DNA of 64,000 nt. It comes from Geosiphon pyriformis uo1 (taxonomy: Eukaryota > Fungi > Glomeromycota). Shown piece after piece: positions 53,170-64,000 of the stretch. Each line of letters opens with the position of its first letter. The first letter of the stretch is position 1. The stretch spans positions 124,001 to 188,000 of the forward strand of contig JAAOMT010000690.1 in assembly GCA_016748015.1 (NCBI GenBank). The letters run 5' to 3'. The notes under the pieces were generated by a model, which was not told where the DNA came from, did not search any database, and saw only the letters and a list, made by a program, of their open reading frames with translations. A program made the position numbers and the translations under genes.

Positions 53170-55835
53170 TGATTCTCTGGGATGGATTCTCGACAACAAT
53201 AATATTTTCCTCTCTTTTAGACGGATTTGAAATAACGCTCAAAATATAAGATTGCAACAGAGTTTCATACACAACTCCTCTTCAATCGGCAATGAGACTT
53301 TTCTTGACATAAATTTGCTATCCAAGACGATCTCAATATTGTTAAGGGTCGAACATTCTTTAGAGTCTTTTTATTATTCCAATGAATTGAAGTTTATTTT
53401 CCCACATGGTTTGTTAAAAAGTAAAAGATAAACAGCGCATATGTAGTGTCAAACTTGCTTACTATATTGCTAATAAATAAAACTGTGCATCAGATATAAA
53501 CCCTTTAAATGGCAAATTGGCGTCCATTAGAGTTATGTGTAAATATTTTGACAGAAAAAAACGGAGTACTCGATTAAATTTAGAATTGAAAAAGTATCTT
53601 GGGAATAAAGAATCACAAAATTTACGACATATTTTTACTCTGGACTTTTTAAGTTTTGAAATTTGAAAAATTAGGCCTGGAAGAAAGTTTCAAAGTTATC
53701 TTAAAATAAATCCACATGATATTTACTGCCCTAAAGAAATTTTTTGTGCACGCACGAGTTTGCCGCCCGGCGACATTTGCCAGGAGTAAGCTTGTGTCGA
53801 CGGCAAGGACCATGAATATCCAGAAACTGGCTGTTCTTGCAAAGGAGGCTAGCATAACTTTGACAGGAGCGAATGGGTACATCAGTTAGTCTGAGGATCT
53901 CAGTTGCATTGCAGTTACCGTTGGGATAAAAGTATTTAAGGACGAGACAGTTCATTTTTACGAGCCTAGTATGATTAGGCAAGTGAAAAGATGGGTGGAT
54001 AAACAAAATGGCTGGCGGGGGAGGTTGTGGTAACCAAAAATAATATTTATGCGTCGTCCTTTTCTGCAAAGAGGTTGGTAGCGTGATAAATTTCGCTAAT
54101 GGCGTTATTTCCATCACTTTCCGCCGGGATTGTAAAACTGACATAAAATTAAAAAAATTAATAGCTGAAATTTCAAATTTTTTTACCGGAAATTTTTTAG
54201 TGTAACTTTGAATTAACAAATAAAAATTAATGAAATTGTTCAGGACTCTAAAAAAAATTTTTTATTTAAAAGCTGTATACAAAAAAGGTGAGTCACAATC
54301 CCGTTATTCAAGCTTGTATAAATGCAGGAGACAATACTACATTGGTATTAATAAAAAATCTCTTTGGTTTGTGTTTAAAAAATTGTGTAATCCAAAAATA
54401 GCTGTCGACCATAATTTTTCGCGAGTACTTTATTTTAATTAACTAGACTTGAAAGAAAATTATTTAATAATGGTTCTGGTACCAAACATTATTAAATTCC
54501 TGAAAAAATTACAATTTTGTTGTCACGCCTCTTTTGACCAATTTCAAACAAGACTTTCTAATTAATTAAAGATAAGTATAAATTCCAATTTTTTTTCTAT
54601 TGAAAAGATGTGCTGCGTTTATTCGCACGGACAAAACAAATAAACCCACTTTGTCAAAATCACACAATAAAATTGTTTAGACTGGCCAAAAAAAATTTAT
54701 ATAAATAGACTGTTAAAAATTTGAGACAAGTTAATTGGTCTGATGTAAGTAAATTCTTTCTATTTAGGTCTGACAGAAGACAATGTTTTTGAAAAAACTT
54801 GGTGAAACTTTAAAAAACTAGTATATTATCTCAACAGTCAAAGTTAGATGTTCTTTTAACGCCTAATATTATTGTAATATCAATGGAACATTGTGTATAT
54901 TTTTGCAAAAAATTACATTTAACAAAGCATACATCTTTAACTCTTTTATACAGAGTGGGGTTTATTAATACTTGTTTATCAAGTGAAACCTTTCGAAACT
55001 CGTGAAGTGGGACCATTCAAAATATTGTTTGTTTGTTTTTTAAAAATCTTGAACCATTCTTGGCTAAAACCCTTAAAGGAGTATATTATCACCCCGCAGA
55101 TCCTTGAATTGATGCGTTTACACTTGCTCAAATAAAATTCAATTTAATAAGCCTAACATAACAAGAAACATAAATTCAGTTTGTTCTGTAAATATTTATT
55201 ATAAAGCCAAGATACGTACGAATGAAAATTATTTTAAATAGTCGGCCAAATTCCCCTAGGCTTTTTAGATAAAATTATCATTTACAATCTCAAAGAAAAG
55301 TTGTTATCGACAAATGAAACAATTCATTGAAGCCATTTTACCTTAAATTCTTATCTTTTTTTTTTCAAAATTGATCAAATCAAAAAATATTTCAGGGATG
55401 TAAAATATTCATGTGCATTTATTTAATTCCTGATAAATATGTCCAATCAATGATTTACGCCAACTTGCCATTTAAAGGCTTAATATCCGACATACAGCTT
55501 TATTTATTAAAAATATAGTAAGCGAATTTGACACTGCATATCTTTTACAAACGGGAAAACCCTATAAAATGAATCAGAGTTCATCGGCTATTACGCTCGA
55601 TATATATTTCGAATTTATTCCCATATTATAAGTTAAAATCGGATTAGGCTAAAATATTATTGAATATTGAGATCTTCTTGGATAGCAAATTTATGTCAAG
55701 AAAATTCTCATTGCCGATTGAAGAGGAGTTGTGTATAAAGCTCTGTTGCAATCTTATATTTTGAGCGTTATTCCAAGTCCGTCTAAAAGAGAGGAAAGTA
55801 TTATTGTTGTCGAGAATTCATCCCTGAGAATCAAC
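53170..55835. repeat. Inverted repeat arms (~53170-53525 and ~55455-55835) around a ~1.9-kb spacer
   Basis: 53170-53385 is the reverse complement of 50372-50580 and 55663-55835. 53423-53525 is the reverse complement of 55455-55545. Confidence 0.8.
53731..54203 (-). mobile_element. Truncated Tc1/mariner-like element (TIR plus N-terminal HTH of transposase)
   Basis: The minus strand starts TA|CACTAAAAAATTTCCGG. The ORF segment NATEILRLTDVPIRSCQSY...HGPCRRHKLTP resembles the Tc1 HTH followed by a 'GRPRKL' linker. There is no DDE domain. Confidence 0.45.
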
Positions 55836-56497
55836 GACGATATTGTTCTTTCCTTAGGCGATTATGAGTAATGGTTATGGAAGCTGAGATTCAGTAGGCA
55901 CTCGAAAGATAGAGAAATCTTTAGTGGTCTGTGTTGGGTGTTGGTGTTTGACAATAAATCTTGTTTGAGAAATTAACCTCGAAATATGGCCCAAGCATAA
56001 GGTTTTATCTGGTTTATAGATATATTTATGCATGCTCGTAGAAATATTAGAATGTATTGGTTGGTTGTGGGGGGATGGATGAAGTATGCTCAAAATCTAA
56101 AGTAAAGGTAAGATTATAAAGTCATTCTATCTCTTAGGTGTTATAGTGTTGCAATAAAGACTGTGAGCTGACATTTGCGTCGGAAGCTTATATCCTGCTG
56201 AGAACGAGATTTATTTATAAGCCTCTTGTGCGATTGTAGAAAACATAATTTCAGAATTCTCCCCGATATTCTGTTGCAGACGCATATTCCCACTATTGAC
56301 TTCAATTGATCCAAATGGTGACGAGGAACCACTAAACATATAATTACAACCAGCTTCTAAGTTTTGTTGTGGTGTTGGTGGAGGCGGAGGCGGAATTACA
56401 ACAATGTTATTTCTTTCGGCTGGTGTAGTCATTTTCAAAGTAAAGAAATAATCAAAGCTTCTATGCAAAATTTTCTTTTTAGCGCTTGAGTCTTTGA
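55555..56497 (-). pseudogene. Duplicated block, copy C; probable MATA-HMG-box pseudogene (ATG 56432)
   Basis: MTTPAERNN... then a candidate intron at 56172-56097, then IPPQPTNTF/IFLRA/HKYIYKPDKTLCLGHISRLISQ, which resembles HMG 'PRPPNAFILFR....H......P.L....ISK.IS'. It has frameshifts and no helix 3. Confidence 0.45.
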
Positions 56498-57385
56498 ATA
56501 GCAATTTTGGTTAATTGAAATTCCAATGTTCAAGCGTTTTTATAACTATTTATTTTGTCAATTGCGCCCGCTTCTCAAATAAGAATCATTTGAGGGATCG
56601 AGACTCCACAAAAATGTCCGCAGAAGCCATATTTCAAGGTATCTGGTCACTTGAAAATACAACCTGACCTCTAACTAATGGATTACATATGTCTTGTGTA
56701 GCTTCAATTAGTAAACATTTAAAGACTAAATGAAAGAGCTGACATAGAAACTTATACACTTTTCCGATACATGGACGATTTTGCAAGCAACAAAGTCTTG
56801 GTAGGTTCTTATCCATAAGTCCGAGTAGAAGATTAAATTTAGATGTTTCGAATTCACATGATTTAAAATGATAAAAGTTTTGGAAATTGAAATGATAATT
56901 AAGTTTTTGATCAAATATTTAATTTAATAACTGACCTATCAATTTATTTAAATTGTACAATTTTAAAATATTTATTCACATTTGGTTTTTCTTTAAACTT
57001 GTCATCAATATTTTTTTACTTGTTTAAAATCTTAAATTCTTCTGTTAATCAAATAATATACTTTTTTATTTGATGAAATAATGGCATAATTCAATTTGCG
57101 CTTTTTTATATAATATTAATACATCTTATTAAATGATTTAAAAATTTTAATTTTAAACGAAAATTACATTATATATTTTTTGTTTCACTACAATATTAAT
57201 TGGTAATTCGCCTGGGAATGATAATCAATCTATTAATACTGCGCGACGCAGATCAATAATGCGCAAAACAGCCTTGTTATACTCAAAGACAACTTGGTCA
57301 CACGACTAGCCATGTGCACATGAAAATCACATTATTTGACAACCTGGAACCTCAGGTGACTACTTTTACAAAACTCAGAATGTAG

Positions 57386-59122
57386 CTACTTTTCTAACAA
57401 AAGCTTTATTTGACGTGAAATGGCATTTGTGGTTCCAAATGTAAGAATTAAGCTTACGATTTTGAAGGTAAATTTATTGGTTTTCACCGTGAAGTTAACT
57501 TTTTCAAGTCCAGAAACATGCAAAAGACTCGACTTATCACTTTGACTCACTTTCACATTGCTCATTTTGACCCCAACTACCATCGAAGAGCTTTCACTTG
57601 AATTGGACTGCAATGCTGTTCTTGTTGCCTGTGCCAAAAACAATTTGTTATATCGTGATGTCCACCCTTGAATTGTTGAGATTTTTGGTACTTCATCTGG
57701 TTCCAGCTCACCATTATCTGCAAATTCTTTCAACCTATTATTCATCTCTTTAGCTGTCATCCGATCTTCAGCATGTATATTTCCAAGCAAGAACATTCGT
57801 TCAAGCATTTGTTTGACTGCATCCGACATTCGTTTGCCTCCACCTCGATTACCGAATACCGCGTTTTCACGCAATGCCCATCCTTCATTCCAAGGGTAGT
57901 CAATATTGATGACAGGTTCTATAACCGCAGGTGCATTTTGTTCTAGATTTTATATTTGTTCAATATTTGTATGTTAATTGAAAGATTATACGCATACTCA
58001 CGTATTTCTACATCTTTAGCAATAGGTTCTAGTGTATGATCTATAATATACACATATGCGCAATCTTTAGATCAAAGTAATTAGTTTATCTATACAATGA
58101 TTTTCTGACCGACTCCAAAACTCCTTTTCATTGTTATTTCTAGGATATGGTGTTATATTAGTGCACCCACATGCTCTTAACATTGCTCTCCAAGCACGAA
58201 ATTCCTTTTCGCTTATTTTATAGATGGGTGGATATATCATGGCAAGCGCGTGATGAAATTCTATTATTGAATTGTCTTGACTCATCCAAGTAATAAACAT
58301 ATTTTGCCAATTAACCAATGGATTTGTTGCTATTTTGCGTCTTCCAATTTGTTGTTTTGAATATGCATTCCATTTTATAAGAATTGGTCCATTCACTTGA
58401 AGTACAAGTAAGATCCGGAAGCATCTGGCTGTCTAATATTATGTGTTGAACCAATGGATGCTCATAACCAAATAGTATTGTGCCATCTATATGCGTTGTA
58501 ATGCCAACTTTGTTCCAAACACTATTAGCCGATTGATCTTTATAATGCCACAATATATCTTTTCCTTTGTAAAAATCAAGAATAAATGTGTTACCATTTA
58601 TTTGTTGTAGTGCCAGAGTTCTTTGACCTTTTTTTGTTAACACAGATGAAATAAAGCCATCAGTTCCAGAGGTCCAATTTTCGATACAACTACTATATTT
58701 TTTCCAATCTTAAGACAAATAGGTCTGAATATGACTCCAATTAATAGCTTTTCGACTATATTGTTATCATTGAAACCAAGAGCAGCTGGTCCAGAGTATG
58801 CTGTTTTTTTTCCAAAAATATTATGATATACATTATTAATTGCTTGAGATGAAGTTGGAAAAATCTTACTAGTTTCACTTCCACTAGTACAAACAAATCC
58901 TGGTTGTAATAGATTTTCCTCATTTTGAACAACTGTTATAATAAATTGACGTTGATTGAGCACACTGCTAACACACATATAGAGTCGGTATGGTATAGTA
59001 TTGTCATTTTCTAACCACCGGGGCACCCACCAATCACGAGCATAAGGACCATAGTGTAAATTAGGTGATATTATACCCTCTGTAAGCAAAAGAATAGTAG
59101 TTGTAAGAACCAGAATTGGCAT
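57386..59122 (-). pseudogene. Frameshifted, internally deleted transposon-associated gene of unknown family
   Basis: Four collinear minus-strand ORFs joined by frameshifts: LHYGPYARDWW...SGPAALGF (FYR-like), RAWRAMLRACGC, and a C-terminal GWALREN...KRMS..VK.MLE..F..G...MTA.EM...TIQGW (HTH-like). Confidence 0.5.
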
Positions 59123-62100
59123 TTATACTTGAGAATTTTTCACTAATTAAATAGACGTCACATTCATTTATTTAAATACTTTTGCTTATATAATTCACTT
59201 AAAAAAAATGCTTTTTTGATTCACATGACACGTGTACATATCTAAAGTAAATGTGACAAGATTACATTAGGCGATGAGCAATTGTGTTTGACATCTGAAA
59301 CGAATTTTTGACCGTTTCATTCAGCAGGTCACGATCCTCCATTAATTCTCACCCTAAGTGTCACCAAGTCTACTACACTAGACCTTGTTAGGACAGAGTT
59401 CACAGAAAACCCCAAAGATTCTTTTTGGTATTAAGCCTTTAGCCAAAGAAAAGTAAAATTCCTTGGCTGAAGCATTCTTGCACCTTAGACTGAGTCAAAT
59501 GCCCACCCATCTGACGTCAACTGTTTCATCAAATTCAATAGTTTAGCTTTGGTTTTTGCCACATTTTCAAGTGTAACAAACCATACTGCTTGATAGCACA
59601 TATTCTCTAATGTTGTAAATCTATCTTTATCTCAATGCTTTTTGAACTGTTCGTTATCTTGCCAGTCGGTCTGTAATGTTTATCTTTGAACTTTATTTGC
59701 CAGCATAAAATTATATTATTTTATTATTAAGTTTTTAATATTTATAAATTATTTTCAATCTTTAAATTATTAAGACTTATTGTAATTTTTAAACCTGATT
59801 TTATTATTTTGCTTAATTTGTTTTCTAATAAAAATTGCCAATCAGAATAAGAATTGACTATTAAATTTTTTAACAAATAATACCCAAAGCAGTTTTGTAA
59901 ACAAAGATAGATAGTATTTTTGTTATTTTAAAATTTTAATCAATTACAATAATTCCAGTATTTTATCAAAATTTATATGTTATTTTTTATTTGTTATATA
60001 AATAATTTTTAATTGCACGCTAACGGGTTTTTGTTGAATATTTAAAAAAAATTTGTTTGTTGTTTGTTGAATTCTTTTAATAGCTGTAAGATATTGTTAA
60101 AATCTTTTTGCTTTTGAAAATAGTTGTAAAAGGCTTGAATTTAAGCCATCTAAAATTATTTTTAAACAATCATTTTTTTTTAGAAAAATTTTCAAAGTGT
60201 CAAAATTTTTTTTCTTATAACAAGAGTAATAATTCTTTTAAAAGTAATTTAAAAGGAGATTTTAATATAAAATGTGTTTTGTTTAAATATTGTGATAATT
60301 TTGGTTTTTTTAAAAGTTTTTTCACTTGTAACTGCCTGATTTTGTTAAAGTTGTTTAAAATATTTAAGTCTAAAACAAGATTTCAACATTAAACAAAATC
60401 TTAAAAAGTTAAATACAAAGTAATTTTCGAATTTTCGAATTAAATAAGTGTTATTAATTTTGATCAAAAATTAATATCTTTAAATTATAAGCTTTGGAAT
60501 TTAAAGTTAAACTAAAAAAATAAAATTTTGTCAAATGTATTTGTAAAAAAGTATTTAATTTTTTAATAAAAATTAAATTTTAAAAGCTGAATTCACTTTT
60601 TTAAATAATTTTAAATTTAAATTGTTAAAAAGATTTTAATAACTTTTTGCACTTTTAAAATTTTAAACAATCTTTTGAGCTTTTTGCAATTTATTTTAAA
60701 TTTTCTAAACATTTCATATCCAAGTCGGTATTAAATTAACAAAGTATTTTTTAAAAAAAAACAAGATAAAAGAATTATTAAAGAAGGTTTAAAAAAAAAT
60801 CATTTATAAAATTTATTAAAAAAAATCATTTAAAAAATTTTAACCAATAATTAAAAATATATTAAATTGAAAAATTTTAGAATATAAGAGTAATTTTTTG
60901 GATTTTTTAATATAAATTATATAGAAAAAATTAACAAAACCAAACAAATTTTTTTTAATGATTTAATTTAAATTTATGAATAATAAATTTATAACTATAG
61001 CTGTTATTTTTAAAAAATCTGTATTAATAAAAAATATTATATTGCTAAAATTACAATATATTTCTTTGTCTAAAAATCTATTTAAATATAGTAAAAATTA
61101 ATTAAGCTTATTTTGAATATTTATGTGTTTTATTTAAATTAAAAAATTAGCAAAGTGTAATACCTTAGTGCTTAGAAAATACATTTGTTTGATATTCAGA
61201 ATAAAACAAATTAATGATGTTGTAATAAGAATAAACTTCTGAAAACAATTTAAATAATATGTTTAGTTACATAACCATTCTTATGAAGCATGTTTGTCTC
61301 CTGTTGCCAACAACATAGATCAAAAGATATGATCTTTAATTGGTAAAATTATTAAATGATTAATGAAAAAATATGAAACTAAAATAAATTGCCATAATTT
61401 TTCATTGGCTGCAATTTCGGGCAAGCAGGCAAACTTGTGAAGAAAGCAAAACTATGATTTATGTTTTACATTCTTTCTTAAATACAAAATAGAAAGGTGA
61501 TGGTTTCCAGATGAAGGTAGACCTGTTCGAAACAACTAGTCAGTTGGCACTATGGAAAATGAACGCATAGCAGAAAAGCTTCGTGATCCCGAAGGGTATG
61601 CTAAGATCTGAGGTAAAACTAAAGATTTAGAACGAACTAAAAAACAATTAGAGAAAGAAGAAATTCAAGTCGAATATCACAGCATTGATGGTATTTTTAG
61701 TGCTGAAAAAAGAAAGAAAGAAATTTTAGTTGACGTCTTATTTTCACTTTGATTTTATCGCAGCATGGTTTAATATAAAAGCCTTATATTCAAAACATAT
61801 TCAAGAATGTCATTATTGCGATAATTTTCACATTAAAATTAGGGAAACCTCATTTAAATGCTCAAACCTTAATAAAGCATTTTAAACATAAATTTCATAA
61901 CGAATAATCAAATATTTGAGAAATATTATTTTCCTTTGTCTATTCGGTTATTTTGCAATACAAAGTAACTGTGATGAATTTAATCGCTCAACATTTTTAT
62001 CTACTCGTTTTTCTCATTAGTTTTGAATTTGGTAGATTGATATAAAGATTATTTCCCAGAACATTCATGGAATCTCAATGAAATTAAATTTTAAAATTTT

Positions 62101-63254
62101 AAAATAGGGAATCTGCCAACCATTTATTCATGTTATTTAATGTAAGCTTGTGAAAACTTAATTTTTCTGAAATCAAAAATTGTTTTAAAACTCCTGATGT
62201 CTTTTGGTTTTATGAAATTGAACATTTAATGCATGTTCAACTCCAAAAGAGAATTTCCATAGAACATCAAAATTCTCAATATTTTGAGAAAACTTCAAAC
62301 GCGATATAGCAATGGAAGCCAACTTTAGCCCTATTCGTTTAATGAAAGCTCTAAATTCTACCAACTTTTGTAAACCTGTATACGTAAAAAAAAGGTCAAC
62401 TACGATCATTTGGAGGAATGCTTAGGGTGAAACCAATTGAGATGTTCACTTCAATTCAACTGCTCATAAATTAATCATTTAAAATTTCATCCAGAGCGTC
62501 CTGTAACTTATGATCAAGGTCTTTGCTAGCAAGTTTAAGGATATATTACCAGTGATGTAGATTATTTTCAGATGTCTATGTTTTTGGCTAAAATGGCAGC
62601 CTTTTAGATTTTGAATTCACTTCAACTTCGATAGAATTCCTAGAGTGCTAGATATCCCTATTTATTTTTGGCTTATGGTTAAAAAGATCGGTTCCATATG
62701 GATTTGGGACTGAATGTGAACTCGCCTCAATAAATCATATAATTTTGAATCGTCGCTTTATTACGTGGGATTTGATTTGTTATATTAAAGATCAATGGTG
62801 GCCAATTGACTGTCGCGAAAATTTGCGACATAATCCTTTCAAGAAAATGTGTTCATTTTCGGCTCTCGACATATACAACCGCTCTTCCAAAGATTCTTAA
62901 AATGAAATTGCTTCTAAGTAGTTTTTAAATAAAAATGAGTTGAAATTGTCGAAATATGATGCTAAAATTAAATTGTTGACATACCAACTGTTTATTTCTT
63001 TTTCAAAGTGTTTCGATGATCCCGGGTTCGATTAAATTAAATTTTGGATGTTATGATTTCAAGATTCTTTTCAAGGATTTTTTAATTAAGTTGGTTGCTT
63101 TGGGACTCGGAAACACCCGATCAATGCAGGATTTAACGAAGGGGCAAAAAGAGATCGAGTATAATATAATCATAGCAATCAAAGTAAAATGTCCTCTGAG
63201 AGATCCAGCTCATTCGACCAAAAAGTTCCAAATTTTGCCAACGCCTTTATAAAT

Positions 63255-63602
63255 CTATTCAGCTGTCGACATATTCTTCACCATTTCCACGATCTCATCC
63301 ATCTCATCCTTCTCCTGTATTGTGTGCGACTCGAAAATTTTCGCAAGTTCATCGATTTCAGCACTTAGCTCTAACTGGTACCTTTTTTGTATGGATGTTC
63401 TTGTCGAATTCATAAAAATTCGATAGGATGGTTCTAAAAATTTTCGTGACGACATTCGTCGAGGATTTGAAGGAATAATTCGGATCTTTGAGTAAAGTTT
63501 CTTCGACCACCAAAAATAGAATATTAAAGCTAAGGCGGAGGCAGTGAAAAACAATAAAATTTGACAAAAGCATGTGCGTATAATTGGAAGCGTTTGCTCC
63601 AT
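63255..63602 (-). CDS. Hypothetical 115-aa protein with one N-terminal transmembrane or signal segment and an acidic C-terminus
   Basis: Open ATG-to-stop frame in CpG-retaining DNA, hydrophobic ILLFFTASALALIFYFWW, and TATAAAA on the minus strand ~175 bp upstream. No family recognised. Confidence 0.35.
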   Translation of the reverse strand: MEQTLPIIRTCFCQILLFFTASALALIFYFWWSKKLYSKIRIIPSNPRRMSSRKFLEPSYRIFMNSTRTSIQKRYQLELSAEIDELAKIFESHTIQEKDEMDEIVEMVKNMSTAE

Positions 63603-64000
63603 TATTTGAAAATTTTTAGATAAGACGATAGTTGATTGGTGGCACGACGGGTTTCGAATAATGAACTTTTGATTGAAAAATTCTAAAAATTTCGAGTTTC
63701 TGTAAATTTTTTCTACCGAGTTCAAATAATTGGTCACTGAGTCAAAAAGTTATCAATTTTGAAATACCTTGAATTTTATACTTTCAAATATGTATGCTTT
63801 ACAGAGAGAAAGTATTTTGAACATTCCAAAACGAAATATGGTCGAATTTGGCAAACGATCACGAATTTTCGGCAGGTTTTGTTTAATTTTTGAGTATCGA
63901 TGAAGAGTGGACGACGGAATATTCAAAGGCAGTAGCAGTTAGTGGATGACGCTCACTTGGGGAAAAGACCTTTGTCAAATGCCTTAAATTGGGAATGGTA

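Noticed and set aside
59350-61700. Further coding traces (LINE-like 'SLAKGLIPK' near 59420-59450 on the minus strand; short coding-like stretch at 61490-61690)
   Set aside because: Too fragmentary to assign by eye.

Overview
This is AT-rich eukaryotic DNA with short GT-AG introns, most likely a Glomeromycota (arbuscular-mycorrhizal-lineage) fungus. The repeat-encoded peptides recall Geosiphon pyriformis; that is inference from memory, not a search result. The window alternates between gene islands and transposon graveyards. The 11.5-25.2 kb island carries an OGFOD1/Tpa1-like 2OG-Fe(II) dioxygenase, a glutaminyl cyclase, lipin/PAH1 and UTP25. An Amt/Mep ammonium transporter lies at 48.0-49.5 kb. 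The graveyards (1-11.3 kb, 25.5-46.9 kb) hold nested Ty3/Gypsy elements that carry a dUTPase, plus LINEs, all eroded by strongly directional C->T/G->A mutation. The main hidden feature is in the ORF-poor gap at 13.6-15.3 kb (minus strand): a frameshifted but nearly complete IS607-type element. It has a serine-recombinase tnpA remnant, an overlapping TnpB/Fanzor2 RNA-guided nuclease gene (HTH, RuvC-I, Zn-ribbon, RuvC-III region), a possible spliceosomal intron, a 15-bp motif repeated at both ends and a hairpin-bearing right end that is a candidate omega-RNA. The 50-59 kb region holds duplicated and inverted blocks (probable MATA-HMG pseudogenes), Tc1/mariner remnants, a solo-LTR-like unit with a 12-bp tandem array and a broken transposon-type gene. 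Coordinates of decayed elements are approximate and were read by eye.
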